64,000 nucleotides of DNA from Yuukianura sp. NJ FZ-2021 (Eukaryota), in the NCBI GenBank assembly GCA_046563655.1, contig CM102289.1, forward strand, positions 2,356,001-2,420,000, read 5' to 3'. The notes under the pieces were generated by a model. That model ran no database searches. It saw only the letters and a list, made by a program, of their open reading frames with translations, and was not told where the DNA came from. Shown here piece by piece: positions 62,801 to 64,000 of the stretch; the stretch's first letter is position 1; the number at the start of each line of letters is the position of its first letter. A program made the translations under genes and the position numbers.

Positions 62801-63468
62801 TTTTTTTAGCTTTTCTAAAAAACAATGTGTGATGCAGTTTATGGTAGGTCAGGTTTTACATGTTTATTAGATGTTAAGTCGTAAAGCCGCTTTGAAAACT
62901 GGCGCTTAAATTTCCCTTTCTTTGAATTTCAATGACACGGAAGACAAATATTTTCTTTTAGCTTTCCGCATTTTCAGCTCCGTTTTACAGAAACTTTTGT
63001 TTCAACTTTCATCTTTCACTGGAACTAAAAGTCAGAAAAGAGCCAAGGATACATCAAATGTCCATCAACACATTTCCATCTCAAGTCCCATTTAGACTTT
63101 CATCCACCATGAAATATTATGTTTCACAACTCAGCTCGTGGTTTGGCTCAGTCGAGCTGAAATTTGAATATAAATAGTTACATACACCGAAAACTTTTCC
63201 TGATCTTCTAAACAGTTTCCATTCATCTCCGAAGAAGTTCTGTATAGAGCGGAAAATTCTGTTTCAGTGGTTACCATTCATCAAAAATTGTAGTAAACTT
63301 ACTTGAAAACGTTGTTACACGAGGAGTTACTGATGAAGAAGAAAGTTGTACATTTAGGTTCGGAATGGTACTTCCTGGTGGACTGGTACTTGTAATGTTA
63401 TGGTTGCAAAGACGTGAACCAGTTCTGGAGGTCATTCGCAAGCCAGAGCGAGAATGCCCAAGGTTCCT
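59803..63468 (-). CDS. 3' part of an aminergic GPCR, tyramine receptor 2/3-like; 5' exons lie beyond the window and the ICL3 exons are uncertain
   Basis: TM6 KETKTAQTLTAVVGGFIICWLPFF and TM7 WLG/WGNSAINPAIYAFYNPDFRTAFWRLT. Candidate Ser/Thr-rich ICL3 exon at 63468-63303. Confidence 0.8.
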
Positions 63469-64000
63469 ATAGCAATAAAATAGATTTTAACTGGTAAAGC
63501 TATAAGTCCATTTTTCAGAAAAATTTTTCCCCAAACATTTTTTTCACCCAAGTATCACCCAAAGTTGTTCATTGCTCTTTTTGGGCAAAAGTGTAAAACT
63601 TTGCCCCAAATTGAATTATGGAGGGGCATTAACGACTTTAAATATTATTTATTTATTTTACATTTTTAAATAAATTTTTTCTTTAATATAAAAAAAATTC
63701 AAAAACAAAAAAAAAGTTTTTAAAAAAATATTTTTTTTTGTATTTTAAAATAATTTTTTACATTTAAAAATATTTTTCCATATTTAAACTATTTTTTTTA
63801 TATTTTAAAAAAAAATCTGTACAGAGATGTTTTTTTTGTCTAAAAAGTTTTTTTTTCATAATGAAAAAAAAACTATATTTTTGGCCACAAAAATATAAAT
63901 GTGGGACACAGTGCATAAAAAAACTTTCTAAATAACAACTCATGGCTGTGACGTCATAAGCCAGGATTCGGTGGTCTTAAGTGAAGGTTCATTTCGTCCT

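Overview
AT-rich, intron-dense animal DNA. The gene content and short introns suggest an arthropod, possibly a basal hexapod such as a springtail, but this is inference. Genes from left to right: a 5'-truncated TRPA-type channel (+), a bacterial-style GNAT acetyltransferase (-), an orphan secreted/membrane gene (-), a ~10 kb single-module type I polyketide synthase KS-AT-DH-cMT-ER-KR-ACP-R (+), a carboxylesterase (+), a CD36/SR-B protein (+), a Reeler-DOMON protein (-), an IKK-beta-like kinase (-), sorting nexin 5/6 (+), an ABCC/MRP transporter (+), four tandem gustatory-receptor-like genes (+) and the 3' part of a tyramine-receptor-like GPCR (-). Non-autonomous transposons are frequent: MITEs, Helitron/HINE-like elements and tRNA-derived SINE heads. 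The main finding is that two unrelated MITE families have each inserted into coding sequence, at 12187-12469 in the PKS and 5948-6123 in the orphan gene. Each is predicted to splice out in frame, using a donor inside its own terminal inverted repeat and a host AG just beyond the target-site duplication. This is an introner-like mechanism of intron gain. The PKS also has a KR catalytic Tyr-to-His change and a cluster of single-base frameshifts in its 3' third, which may be assembly errors or pseudogenisation. All exon structures are manual predictions without transcript data.
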